The notes below the pieces were generated by a model. It had not been told where the DNA came from. It ran no database searches and worked only from the letters and a program-made list of their open reading frames with translations. The position numbers and the translations under genes were made by a program. Below, one piece after another: positions 9,549 to 25,700 of a DNA stretch of 64,000 nt (its first letter is position 1; every line of letters starts with the position of its first letter). This stretch comes from Eledone cirrhosa (lineage: Eukaryota): positions 22,258,001-22,322,000 of the forward strand of contig OZ024740.1 of the NCBI GenBank assembly GCA_964016885.1, read 5' to 3'.

Positions 9549-9567
9549 TATATATATATATTTAAAA

Positions 9568-9631
<64 letters not shown>

Positions 9632-9720
9632 GTATGTATGTGTCTGTGTATGTATGTATCTATGTATGTATGTGTGTATGTATGTGTGTATGTGTGTATG
9701 TATGTGTGTGTATGTGTGAG
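9549..9720. repeat. (TA)n and (TATG/TGTG)n microsatellite
   Basis: Seen directly. Confidence 0.9.
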
Positions 9721-9949
9721 TGTTTTCGTTTCCTAGTTTTAATCAGATAGATAGGTAATAGACAAACAGACAGAATTTGTAAATAGAAAGCTGTAAAGTG
9801 ATAGACAGCAAAGTAAATATTGTAACACGAACTATGGACAGGTGAGATGTGTGTGTATATGTATGGAAGGGTGCAAGTGAAGTATAGTGTATGTGAGTGT
9901 ATATGCATATATGATATATATATATATAATTATATATACATATACACTC

Positions 9950-9995
<46 letters not shown>

Positions 9996-10002
<7 letters not shown>

Positions 10003-10183
10003 GGAGCTTCTACAGGACTAGTACTGTTTCATTCAGATGAAATCTTCAGCTTCCTGAAGATTTCATCTGAATGAAACAGTACTAGTCCTGTAGAAGCTCC
10101 TTCTATAAAATAACATGTTTTACTCTGCCATGTATTGAGTACCTTACTTACTGTGGTTATCCCCACTCAACCCGGGACCTACG
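9996..10183 (+). mobile_element. PLE 3' end with a perfect ~53-bp fold-back and a 3' tail
   Basis: Seen: arms ~9996-10049 and 10054-10106 with loop CTTC; tail 10107-10183; (TA)n on both sides. Confidence 0.8.
10048..10098 (+). ncRNA. Type I hammerhead ribozyme with all three helices formable
   Basis: Seen: stem I AGCTTC/GAAGCT; CTGAAGA; stem II TTCA-TC-TGAA; GAAA; helix III CAG-tactagtc-CTG with palindromic ACTAGT in the loop; cleavage triplet GUA. Confidence 0.85.
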
Positions 10184-10214
<31 letters not shown>

Positions 10215-10286
10215 ATGTATGTATGTAAAAGGTAAACAGAAATAACAATACAATCGGTAGAGTATATGGAAGGAATATATTAGGTT

Positions 10287-10586
10287 ATATAATTCATTAT
10301 ATAGTACAGATGACGTTCAGTATTTATACATATACTAATATGTGCCCATACAACACACACAGACACATACACACACACACACATACACACATATACACAC
10401 ACAATTTTACCTCACTAAATTTCATACAAGACGACCTTATATATATATATATATTGATCGCACACACTCTCTCCCTCTAGTGTGTTATCCTTTCTACCTA
10501 TTGTATTTTGAAGAGCCCAGGATTCCTTTTCCTTTGAGCACATAATTTACAGGGTCTAACGCAAGTCTATTGACTCCGTTAATATT

Positions 10587-10659
<73 letters not shown>

Positions 10660-10775
10660 GGAAGTTCAGCACAATCGAAGCCCTGGCTGCAGCTAAGCTA
10701 ACGAATGCAACCGGAATGTACAGCTAAGCACTCAATAAGGTATTTTACCTTAGAGTAATAACATTACGTTCAGAC
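10287..10775 (+). repeat. Direct duplication, copy 2, abutting the satellite array
   Basis: Seen: near-identical to 3198-3654; it is cut off at ...GTTCAGAC, two bases before the first satellite unit. Confidence 0.95.
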
Positions 10776-13700
10776 TTCAATATCACACACTATTCCACAA
10801 AATCACACACAGCCCCAAAATATCACACACAGCTCCACAATATCACACACAGCGCCACAATATCACACACAGCCCCACAATATCACACACAGTTCCACAA
10901 TATCACACACAGCTCCACAATATCACACACAGCTCCACAATATCACACACAGCCCCACAATGTCACACACAGCTTCACAATGTCACACACAGCTCAAAAA
11001 TATCACACCCAGGCCCGCAATATCACACACTATTCCACAATATCACACACAGCCCCACAATATCACACACTATTCCACAATATCACACAGAGCTCCACAA
11101 TATCACACACAGCCCCACAATATCACACACAGCTCCACAATATCACACACAGCTCCACAATATCACACACAGGCCCACAATATCACACACTATTCCACAA
11201 TATCACACACAGCCCCACAATATCACACACTATTCCACAATATCACACAGAGCTCCACAATATCACACACAGCCCCACAATATCACACACAGCTCCACAA
11301 TATCACACACAGCTCCACAATATCAAACACAGCCCCACAATATCACACACAGGCCCACAATATCACACACAGCCTCACATATCACACACAGCCCCACAAT
11401 ATCACACACAGCCCCACAATATATCACACAGCTCCTTAATATCACACACAGCTCCACAATATCACACACAGCCCCACAATATCACACACTATTCCACAAT
11501 ATCACACACAGCCCCACAGTATCACACACAGTTCCACAATATCACACACAGCTTCACAATATCACACACAGCCCCACAATATCACACACAGCCCCACAAT
11601 ATCACACACAGCCCCACAATATCACACACAGCCCCACAATATCACACACAGCTCCACAATATCACACACAACTCCACAATATAACACACACCCACAATAT
11701 CACACACAGCCCCACAATTTCACACAGCTCCACAATTTCACACACAGCCCCACAATATCACACGCAAACTCACAATATCACACGCAGCCCCACAATATCA
11801 CACACAGCCCCAAAATATCACACACAGCTCCACAATATCACACACAGCCGCACAATATCACACACTATTCCACAATACCACACACAGCCCCACAGTATCA
11901 CACACTATTCCACAGTATCACACACTATTCCACAATATCACACACAGCTCCACAATATCACACATAGCGCCACAATATCACACACAGCTCCACAATATCA
12001 CACAAAGCTCCACAATATCACACACAGAACCACAATATCACACACAGACGCACAATATCACACACAGCTCCACAATTTCACACAGCCCCACAATATCACA
12101 CACAGCCCCACAATATTACACACAGCCCCACAATATCACACACAGCTCCACAATATCACACACAGCTCCACAATATCATACACAGCCCCACAATATCATA
12201 CACAGCTCCACAATATCACACACAGCTCCACAATATCACACACAGTCCCACAATATCACACACAGCTCCACAATATCACACATAGCGCCACATTATCACA
12301 TACAGCTCCACAATATCACACACAGCCCCACAATATCACACACAGCTCCACAATATCACACACAGCCCCACAATATCACACACAGCTCTACAACATCACA
12401 CACAACTCAACAATATCAAACACAGCCTCACAATATCACACACAGCTCCACAATATCACACACAGCTCCACAATAACACACACAGCTCCACAATATCACA
12501 CACAGGCCCACAATATCACACACTATTCCACAATATCACACACAGCCCCACAATATCACACACTATTCCACAATATCACACACAGCTCCACAATATCACA
12601 CACAGGCCCACAATATCACACACAGATTCACAATATCAGACACAGCTCCACAATATCACACACAGCCCCACAATATCACACACAGCTCCACAATATCACA
12701 CACAGCTCCACAATATCAACACAGCTCCGCAATATCACACACAGCTCCACAATATCACACACAGATCCACAATATCACACACAGCCTCACAATATCACAC
12801 ACAGCCCCACAATATCACACACAGCTCCACAATATCACATACAGCTCCACAATATCACACACAGCTCTACAATATCACACACAGCGCAACAATATCACAC
12901 ACAGATCCACAATATCACACACAGCCCCACAATATCACACACAGCTCCACAATATCAACACAGCTCCGCAATATCACACACAGCTCAACAATATCACACA
13001 CATCTCCATAATATCACACACAGCTCTACAACATCACACACAACTCAACAATATCACACACAGCCTCACAATATCACATACAGCTCCACAATATCACACA
13101 CAGCTCCACAATATCACACACAGCTCCACAATATCACACACTGGCCCACAATATCACACACTATTCCACAATATCACACACAGCCCCACAATATCACACA
13201 CTATTCCACAATATCACACACTATTTTACAATATCACACACAGCCTCACAATAGCACATACAGCTCCACAATATCACACACAGCTCCACAATATCACACA
13301 CAGCTGCACAATATCACACACAGCCCCGCAATATCACACACAGCCCCAGAGTATCACACAGAGCTCTACAATATCACACACAGCATCACAATATCACACA
13401 CAGCCCCACAATATCACACACTATTTTACAATAACACACACAGCCCCACAATATCACACACAGCCCCACAATACCACACACAGCTCCACAATATCACATA
13501 CAGCTCCACAACATTACACACAGACTCACAATATCACACACAGACCACAATTTCACAGCCCCACAATATCACACACATCACCACAATATCACACACAGCC
13601 CCACAATATCACACACGGCCACACTATATCACACACAGCTCCACAATATCATACACAGTTGCACAATTTCACAGCACCACAATATCACACACATCACCAC

Positions 13701-16700
13701 AATATCACACACAGCCCCACAATATCACACACAGCTCCACAATATCACACACAGCCCCACAATATCACACACAGCTCCACAATATCACACACAGCTCCAC
13801 AATAGCACACACAGCTCCACAATATCACACACAGCTCCACAATGTCACACACAGCTCCACAATATCACACGAAGCTCCACAATATCACACACAGGCCCAC
13901 AATATCACACACTATTCCACACTATCACACACAGCCCCACAATATCACACACTATTCTACAATATCACACACAGCTCCACAATATCACACACAGCCCCAC
14001 AATATCACACACAGCCCCACAATATCACACACAGCCTCACATATCACACACAGCCCCACAATATCACACACAGCCCCACAATATCACACACAGCTCCACA
14101 ATATCACACACAGCTCCACAATATCACACACAGCACCTCAATATCACACACTATTCCACAATATCACACACAGCACCACAATATGACACACAGGCCCACA
14201 ATATCACACACAGCTCCACAATATCACATACAGCCACACAATATCACACACGGCCACACCATATCACACACAGCTCTACAACATCACACACAACTCAACA
14301 ATATCACACACAGACTCACAATATCACATACAGCTCCACAATATCACACACAGCTCCACAATATCACACACAGCTCCACAATATCACACACAGGCCTACA
14401 ATATCACACACAGCCCCACAATATCACACACTATTCCACAATATCACACACAGCACCACAAAATCACACACAGCTCCACAATATCACATACAACCACACA
14501 ATATCACACACGGCCACACCATATCACACACAGCTCTACAACATCACACACAACTCAACAATATCACACACAGACTCACAATATCACATACAGCTCCACA
14601 ATATCACACACAGCTCCACAATATCACACACAGCTCCACAATATCACACACAGGCCTACAATATCACACACTATTCCACAATAACACACACAGCCCCACA
14701 ATATCACACACTATTCCACAATATCACACACAGCTCCACAATATCACACACAGCCCACAATATCACAGACAGCTCCACAATATCACACACAGCCCCACGA
14801 TATCACACACAGATTCACCATATCAGACACAGCTCCACAATATCACACACAGCCCCACAATATCACACACAGCTCCACAATCACACACACAGCCCCACAA
14901 TATCACACACAGCTCCACAATATCAACACAGCTCCGCAATATCACACACAGCACCACAATATCACACACAGATCCACAATATCACACACAGCCTCACAAT
15001 ATCACACACAGCCCCACAATATCACACACAGCTCCACAATATCACATACAGCTCCACAATATCGCACACAGACCCACAATATCACACACAGCTCCACAAT
15101 TTCACACAGCCCCACAATATCACACACAGCTCCACAGTATCACATACAGCTCCACAATATCACACACATCTCCACAATATCACACACAGCACCACAATAT
15201 CACACACAGCTCCACAATATCACACACAGATCCACAATATCACACACAGCCCCACAATATCACACACTATTCCACAATATCACACACAGCCCCACAATAT
15301 CACACACAGCTCCACAACATCACACCCAGCCCCACAACATCACACACTATTCCACAATATCAAACACTATTCTACAATATCACACACAGCCCCACAATAT
15401 CACACACTATTCTACAATATCACACACAGCTCCACAATATCACACACAGCCCCACAATATCACACACAGCCCCACAATATCACACACTATTCCACAATAT
15501 CACACACAGCTCCACAATATCACACACAGCCCACAATATCACACACAGCTCCACAATATCACACACAGCCCCACGATATCACACACAGATTCACAATATC
15601 AGACACAGCTCCACAATATCACACACAGCCCCACAATATCACACACATCACCACAATATCACACACAGCCCCACAATATCACACACGGCCCCACAATATC
15701 ACACACAGCTCCACAATATCATACACAATTGCACAATTTCACAGCACCACTATATCACACACATCACCACAATATCACACACAGCCCCACAATATCACAC
15801 ACAGCTCCACAATATCACACACAGCCCCACAATATCACACACAGCTCCACAATATCACACACAGCTCCACAATAGCACACACAGCTCCACAATATCACAC
15901 ACAGCTCCACAATGTCACACACAGCTCCACAATATCACACGAAGCTCCACAATATCACACACAGGCCCACAATATCACACACTATTCCACAATATCACAC
16001 ACAGCCCCACAATATCACACACAGCCCCACAATATCACACACAGCTCCACAATATCACACACAGCCCCACAATATCACACCCACACCCACAATATCACAC
16101 ACAGCTCCACAATATCACACACAGCACCATAATTTCACACAGCTCCACAAAATCACACACAGCCCCGCAATATCACACACTATTCCATAGAATCACACAC
16201 AGCTCCACAATATTACACACAGCTCCACAATATCACACACATCTACACAATATCACACACAGCTCTACAACATCACACACAACTCAACAATATCAAACAC
16301 AGCATCACAATATCACATACAGCTCCACAATATCACACACAGCCCCACAATATCACACACAGCTCCACAATATCTCACACAGGCCCACAATATCACACAC
16401 TATCGCACAATATCACACAGAGCCCCACAATATCACACACTAATCCACAATATCACACACAGCTCCACAATATCACACACAGCCCCACAATATCACATAC
16501 AGCTCCACAATATCACACACAGACCCACAATATCACACACAGATTCACAACATCAGACACAGCTCCACAATATCACACACAGCCCCACAATATCACACAC
16601 AGCTCCACAATATCACACACAGCCCCACAATATCACACACAGCTCCACAATATCAACACAGCTCCGCAATATCACACACCGCTCAACAATATCACACACA

Positions 16701-19700
16701 TCTCCATAATATCACACACAGCTCTACAACATCATACACAACTCAACAATATCACACATAGCCTCACAATATCACATAGAGCTCCACAATATCACACACA
16801 GCTCCACAATATCACACACAGCTCCACAATATCACACACAGGCCCACAATATCACACACTATTCCACAATATCACACACAGCCCCACAATATCACACACT
16901 ATTCCACAATATCACACACTATTTTACAATATCACACACAGCCTCACAATAGCACATACAGCTCCACAATATCACACACAGCTCCACAATATCACACACA
17001 GCTGCACAATATCACACACAGATCCACAATATCAGACACAGCTGCACAATATCACACACAGCCCCACAATATCACACACAGCCCCACAGTATCACACACA
17101 GCTCTACAATATCACACACAGCATCACAATATCACACACAGCCCCACAATATCACACACAGCTCCACAATATCACACACAGCTCCACAATATCACACACA
17201 GCACCTCAATATCACACACTATTCCACAATATCACACACAGCCCCACAATATCACACACAGGCCCACAATATCACACACAGCTCCACAATATCACATACA
17301 GCCACACAATATCACACACGGCCACACCATATCACACACAGCTCTACAACATCACACACAACTCAACAATATCACACACAGACTCACAATATCACATACA
17401 GCTCCACAATATCACACACAGCTCCACAATATCACACACAGCTCCACAATATCACACACAGGCCTACAATATCACACACTATTCCACAATATCACACACA
17501 GCCCCACAATATCACACACTATTCCACAATATCACACACAGCTCCACAATATCACACACAGCCCACAATATCACACACAGCTCCACAATATCACACACAG
17601 CCCCACGATATCACACACAGATTCACCATATCAGACACAGCTCCACAATATCACAAACAGCCCCACAATATCACACACAGGTCCACAATATCAACACAGC
17701 TCCGCAATATCACACACAGCTCCACAATATCACACACAGATCCACAATATCACACACAGCCTCACAATATCACACACAGCCCCACAATATCACACACAGC
17801 TCCACAATATCACATACAGCCCCACAATATCGCACACAGACCCACAATATCACACACAGCTCCACAATTTCACACAGCCCCACAATACCACACACAGCTC
17901 CACAGTATCACATACAGCTCCACAATATCACACACATCTCCACAATATCACACACAGCACCACAATATCACACACAGCTCCACAATATCACACACAGATC
18001 CACAATATCACACACAGCCCCACAATATCACACACTATTCCACAATATCACACACAGCCCCACAATATCACACACAGCTCCACAATATCACACCCAGCCC
18101 CACAACATCACACACTATTCCACAATATCAAACACTATTCTACAATATCACACACAGCCCCACAATATCACACACTATTCTATAATATCACACACAGCTC
18201 CACAATATCACACACAGCCCCACAATATCACACACAGCCCCACAATATCACACACAGCCCCACAATATCACACACAGCTCCACAATATCACACACAGCCC
18301 AGAATATCACACACAGCTCCACAATATCACACACAGCCCCACGATATCACACACAGATTCACAATATCAGACACAGCTCCACAATATCACACACAGCCCC
18401 ACAATATCACACACATCACCACAATATAACACAGCCCCACAATATCACACACGGCCCCACAATATCATACACAGTTGCACAATTTCACAGCACCACAATA
18501 TCACACACATCACCACAATATCACACACAGCCCCACAATATCACACACAGCTCCACAATATCACACACAGCCCCACAATATCACACACAGCTCCACAATA
18601 TCACACACAGCTCCACAATGTCACACACAGCTCCACAATGTCACACACAGCACCACAATATCACACGAAGCTCCACAATATCACACACAGGCCCACAATA
18701 TCACACACTATTCCACAATATCACACACAGCCCCACAATATCACACACTATTCTACAATATCACACACAGCTCCACAATATCACACACAGCCCCACAATA
18801 TCTCACACAGCCCCACAATATCACACACAGCCTCACATATCACACGCAGCCCCACAATATCACACAGAGCCCCACAATATCACACACAGCTCCACAATAT
18901 CACACACAGCTCCACAATATCACACACAGCCCCACAATATCACACACACACCCACAATATCACACACAGCTCCACAATATCACACACAGCACCACAATTT
19001 CACACAGCTCCACAAAATTACACACAGCCCCGCAATATCACACACTATTCCATAGAATCACACACAGCTCCACAATATTACACACAGCTCCACAATATCA
19101 CACACATCTACACAATATCACACACAGCTCTACAACATCACACACAACAAAACAATATCAAACACAGCATCACAATATCACATACAGCTCCACAATATCA
19201 CACACAGCCCCACAATATCACACAGAGCTCCACAATATCTCACACAGGCCCACAATATCACACACTATTCCACAATATCACATAGAGCCCCACAATATCA
19301 CACACTATTCCACAATATCACACACAGCTCCACAATATCACACACAGCCCCACAATATCACATACAGCTCCACAATATCACACACAGACCCACAATATCA
19401 CACACAGATTCACAACATCAGACACAGCTCCACAATATCACACACAGCCCCACAATATCACACACAGCTCCACAATATCACACACAGCCCCACAATATCA
19501 CACACAGCTCCACAATATCAACACAGCTCCGCAATATCACACACAGCTCAACAATATCACACACATCTCCATAATATCACACACAGTTCTACAACATCAC
19601 ACACAACTCAACAATATCACACACAGCCTCACAATATCACACACAGCTCCACAATATCACACACAGCTCCACAATATCACACACAGGCCCACAATATCAC

Positions 19701-22700
19701 ACACTATTCCACAATATCACACACAGCCCCACAATATCACACACTATTCCACAATATCACACACTATTTTACAATATCACACACAGACTCACAATAGCAC
19801 ATACAGCTCCACAATATCACACACAGCTCCACAATATCACACACAGCTGCACAATATCACACACAGCTCCACAATATCACACACAGCTGCACAATATCAC
19901 ACACAGCCCCACAATATCACACACAGCCCCACAGTATCACACACAGCTCTACAATATCACACACAGCATCACAATATCACACACAGCCCCACAATATCAC
20001 ACACTATTTTACAATAACACACACAGCCCCACAATATCACACACAGCCCCACAATACCACACACAGCTCCACAATAGCACATACAGCTCCACAATATTAC
20101 ACACAGACCCACAATATCAAACACAGACCACAATTTCACAGCCCCACAATATCACACACATCACCACAATATCACACACAGCCCCACAATATCACACACG
20201 GCCACACCATATCACACACAGCTACACAATATCATACACAGTTGCACAATTTCACAGCACCACAATATCACACACATCACCACAATATCACACACAGCCC
20301 CACAATATCACACACAGCTCCACAATATCACACACAGCCCCACAATATCACACACAGCTCCACAATATCACACACAGCTCCACAATAGCACACACAGCTC
20401 CACAATATCACACACAGCTCCACAATGTCACACACAGCTCCACAATATCACACGAAGCTCCACGATATCACACACAGGCCCACAATATCACACACTGTTC
20501 CACACTATCACACACAGCCCCACAATATCACACACTATTCTAGAATATCACACACAGCTCCACAATATCACACACAGCCCCACAATATCACACACAGCCC
20601 CACAATATCACACACAGCCTCACATATCACACACAGCCCCACAATATCACACACAGCTCCACAATATCACACACAGCACCTCAATATCACACACTATTCC
20701 ACAATATCACACACAGCTCCACAATATCACACACAGCCCACAATATCACACACAGCTCCACAATATCACACACAGCCCCACGATATCACACACAGATTCA
20801 CAATATCAGACACAGCTCCACAATATCACACACAGCCCCACAATATCACACACAGCTCCACAATATCACACACAGCCCCACAATATCACACACAGCTCCA
20901 CAATATCAACACAGCTCCGCAATATCACACACAGCTCCACAATATCACACACAGATCCACAATATCACACACAGCCTCACAATATCACACACAGCCCCAC
21001 AATATCACACACAGCTCCACAATATCACATACAGCTCCACAATATCGCACACAGACTCACAATATCACACACAGCTCCACAATTTCACACAGCCCCACAA
21101 TATCACACACAGCTCCACAGTATCACATACAGCTCCACAATATCACACACATCTCCACAATATCACACACAGCACCACAATATCACACACAGCTCCACAA
21201 TATCACACACAGATCCACAATATCACACACAGCCCCACAATATCACACACTATTCCACAATATCACACACAGCCCCACAATATCACACACAGCTCCACAA
21301 TATCACACCCAGCCCCACAAGATCACACACTATTCCACAATATCAAACACTATTCTACAATATCACACACAGCCCCACAATATCACACACAGCCCCACAA
21401 TATCACACACAACTCCACAATATCACACACAGCTCCACAATTTCACACAGCCCCACAATATCACACACATCTCCACAATATCACACACAGCTCTACAATA
21501 TCACACACAGCGCAACAATATCACACACATCTCTATAATATCACACACAGCTCTACAACATCACACACAACTCAACAATATCACACACAGCCCCACAATA
21601 TCACACACAGCCCCACAATATCACACACAACTAAACAATATCAAACACAGCTCCACAATTTCACACAGCCCCACAATATCACACACATCTCCACAATATC
21701 ACACACAGCTCTACAATATCACACACAGCTCAACAATATCACACACATCTCCATAATATCACACACAGCTCTACAACATCACACACAACTCAACAATATA
21801 ACACACAGCCTCACAATATCACATACAGCTCCACAATATCACACACAGCTCCACAATATCACACACAGCTCCACAATATCACACACTGGCCCACAATATC
21901 GCACACTATTCCACAATATCACACACAGCCCCACAATATCACACACTATTCCACAATATCACACACTATTTTACAATATCACACACAGCCTCACAATATC
22001 ACATACAGCTGCACAATATCACACACAGCCCCACAATATCACACACAGCCCCACAGTATCATACACAGCTCTACAATATCACACACAGCATCACAATATC
22101 AAACACAGCCCCACAATATCACACACTATTTTACAATATCACACACAGCCCCACAATATCACACACAGCCCCACAATACCACACACAGCTCCACAATATC
22201 ACATACAGCTCCACAATATCACACACAGACCCACAATATCACACACAGACCACAATTTCACAGCCCCACAATATCACACACATCACCACAATATCACACA
22301 CAGCCGCACAATATCACACACGGCCCCACAATATCACACACAGCTCCACAATATCATACACAGTTGCACAATTTCACAGCACCACAATATCACACACATC
22401 ACCACAATATCACACACAGCCCCACAATATCACACACAGCTCCACAATATCACACACAGCCCCACAATAGCACAAACAGCTCCACAATATCACACACAGC
22501 TCCACAACTCACACACAGCTCCACAATATCACATAAAGCTCCACAATATCACACACAGGCCCACAATATCACACACTATTCCACAATATCACACACAGCC
22601 CCACAATATCACACACTATTCTACAATATCACACACAGCTCCACAATATCACACACAGACCCACAATATCACACACAGCCCCACAATATCACACACAGCC

Positions 22701-22756
22701 TCACATATCACACGCAGCCCCACAATATCACACACAGCCCCACAATATCACACACA

Positions 22757-25700
22757 GCTCCACAATATCACACACAGCCCCACAATATCACACACACACC
22801 CACAATATCACACACAGCTCCACAATATCACACACAGCACCACAATTTCACACAGCTCCACAAAATCACACACAGCCCCACAATATCACACACCATTCCA
22901 TAGAATCACACACAGCTCTACAATATTACACACAGATCCACAATATCACACACATCTACACAATATCACACACAGCTCTACAACATCACACACAACTCAA
23001 CAATATCAAACACAGCCTCACAATATCACATACAGCTCCACAATATCACACACAGCTCCACAATATCACACACAGCTCCACAATATCACACACAGGCCCA
23101 CAATATCATACACTATTCCACAATATCACACACAGCCCCACAATATCACAGAATATTCCACAATATCACACACAGCTCCACAATATCACACACAGCCCTA
23201 CAATATCACACACAGCCCCACAATATCACACACAGCCCCACAATATCACACACAGATTCACAACATCAGACACAGCTCCACAATATCACACACAGCCTCA
23301 CAATATCACATACAGCTCCACAATATCACACACAGCTCCACAATATCATACACAGCTCCACAATATCACACACAGGCCCACAATATCATACACTATTCCA
23401 CAATATCACACACAGCCCCACAATATCACAGAATATTCCACAATATCACACACAGCTCCACAATATCACACACAGCTCCACAATATCACACACAGCCCCA
23501 CAACATCACACACTATTCCCCAATATCACACACTATTCTACAATATCACACACAGCCCCACAATATCACACACAGCTCCACAATATCACATACAGCTCCA
23601 CAATATCGCACACAGACCCACAATAACACACAGAGCTCCACAATTTCACACAGCCCCACAATATCACACACATTTCCACAATATCACACACAGCCCCACA
23701 ATATCACACACAGCTCAACAATATCACACACAGCCTCACAATATCACATACAGCTCCACAATATCACACACAGCTCAAAAATATCACACACAGATGCACA
23801 ATATCACACACAGTTCCACAATATCACACACAGCTGCACAATATCACACACGGCCCCACAAAATCACACACAGCCCCACAGTATCACACACAGCTCCACA
23901 ATTTCACACAGCCCCACAATATCACACACAGCTCCACAGTATCACATACAGCTCCACAATATCACACACATCTCCACAATATCACACACAGCACCACAAT
24001 ATCACACACAGCTCCACAATATCACACACAGATCCACAATATCACACACAGCCCCACAATATCACACACTATTCCACAATATCACACACAGCTCCACAAT
24101 ATCACACACAGCTCCACAATATCACACCCAGCCCCACAACATCACACACTATTCCATAATATCAAACACTATTCTACAATATCACACACAGCCCCACAAT
24201 ATCACACACAGCCCCACAATATCACACACAACTCCACAATATCACACACAGCTCCACAATTTCACACAGCCCCACAATATCACACACATCTCCACAATAT
24301 CACACACAGCTCTACAATATCACACACAGCGCAACAATATCACACACATTTCTATAATATCACACACAGCTCTACAACATCACACACAACTCAACAATAT
24401 CACACACAGCTCCACAATATCACACACAGCCCCACAATATCACACACAACTCCACAATTTCACACAGCCCCACAATATCACACACATCTCCACAATATCA
24501 CACACAGCTCTACAATATCACACACAGCTCAACAATATCACACACATCTCCATAATATCACACACAGCTCTACAACATCACACACAACTCAACAATATCA
24601 AACACAGCCTCACAATATCACATACAGCTCCACAATATCACACTCAGCTCCACAATATTACACACAGCTCCACAATACCACACACAGGCCCACAATATCA
24701 CACACTATTCCACAATATCACACACAGCCCCACAATATCACACACTATTCCACAATATCACACACTATTTTACAATATCACACACAGCCTCACAATATCA
24801 CATACAGCTCCACAATATCACACACAGCTGCACAATATCACACACAGATCCACAATATCACACACAACTGCACAATATCACACACAGCCCCACAATATCA
24901 CACACAGCCCCACAGTATCACACACAGCTCTACAATATCACACACAGCATCACAATATCACACACTATTCCACAATATCACACACTATTTTACAATATCA
25001 CACACAGCCCCACAATATCACACACTATTTTACAATATCACACACAGCCCCACAATATCACACACAGCCCCACAATACCACACACAGCTCCACAATATCA
25101 CATACAGCTCCACAATATCACACACAGACCCACAATATCACACACAGACCACAATTTCACAGCCCCACAATATCACACACATCACAACAATATCACACAC
25201 AGCCCCACAATATCACACACGGCCCCACAATATCACACACAGCTCCACAATATCATACACAGTTGCACAATTTCACAGCACCACAATATCACACACATCA
25301 CTAACAATATCACACACAGCCCCACAATATCACACACAGCTCCACAATATCACGCACAGCCCCACAATATCACACACAGCTCCACAATATCACACACAGC
25401 TCCGCAATAGCACACACAGCTCCACAATATCACACACAGCTCCACAATGTCACCCACAGCTCCACAATATCACACGAAGCTCCACAATATCACACACAGG
25501 CCCCCACAATATCACACACTATTCCACAATATCACACACAGCCCCACAATATCACACACTATTCTACAATATCACACACAGCTCCACAATATCACACACA
25601 GCCCAACAATATCACACACAGCCCCACAATATCACACACAGCCTCACATATCACACGCAGCCCCACAATATCACACACAGCCCCACAATATCACACACAG

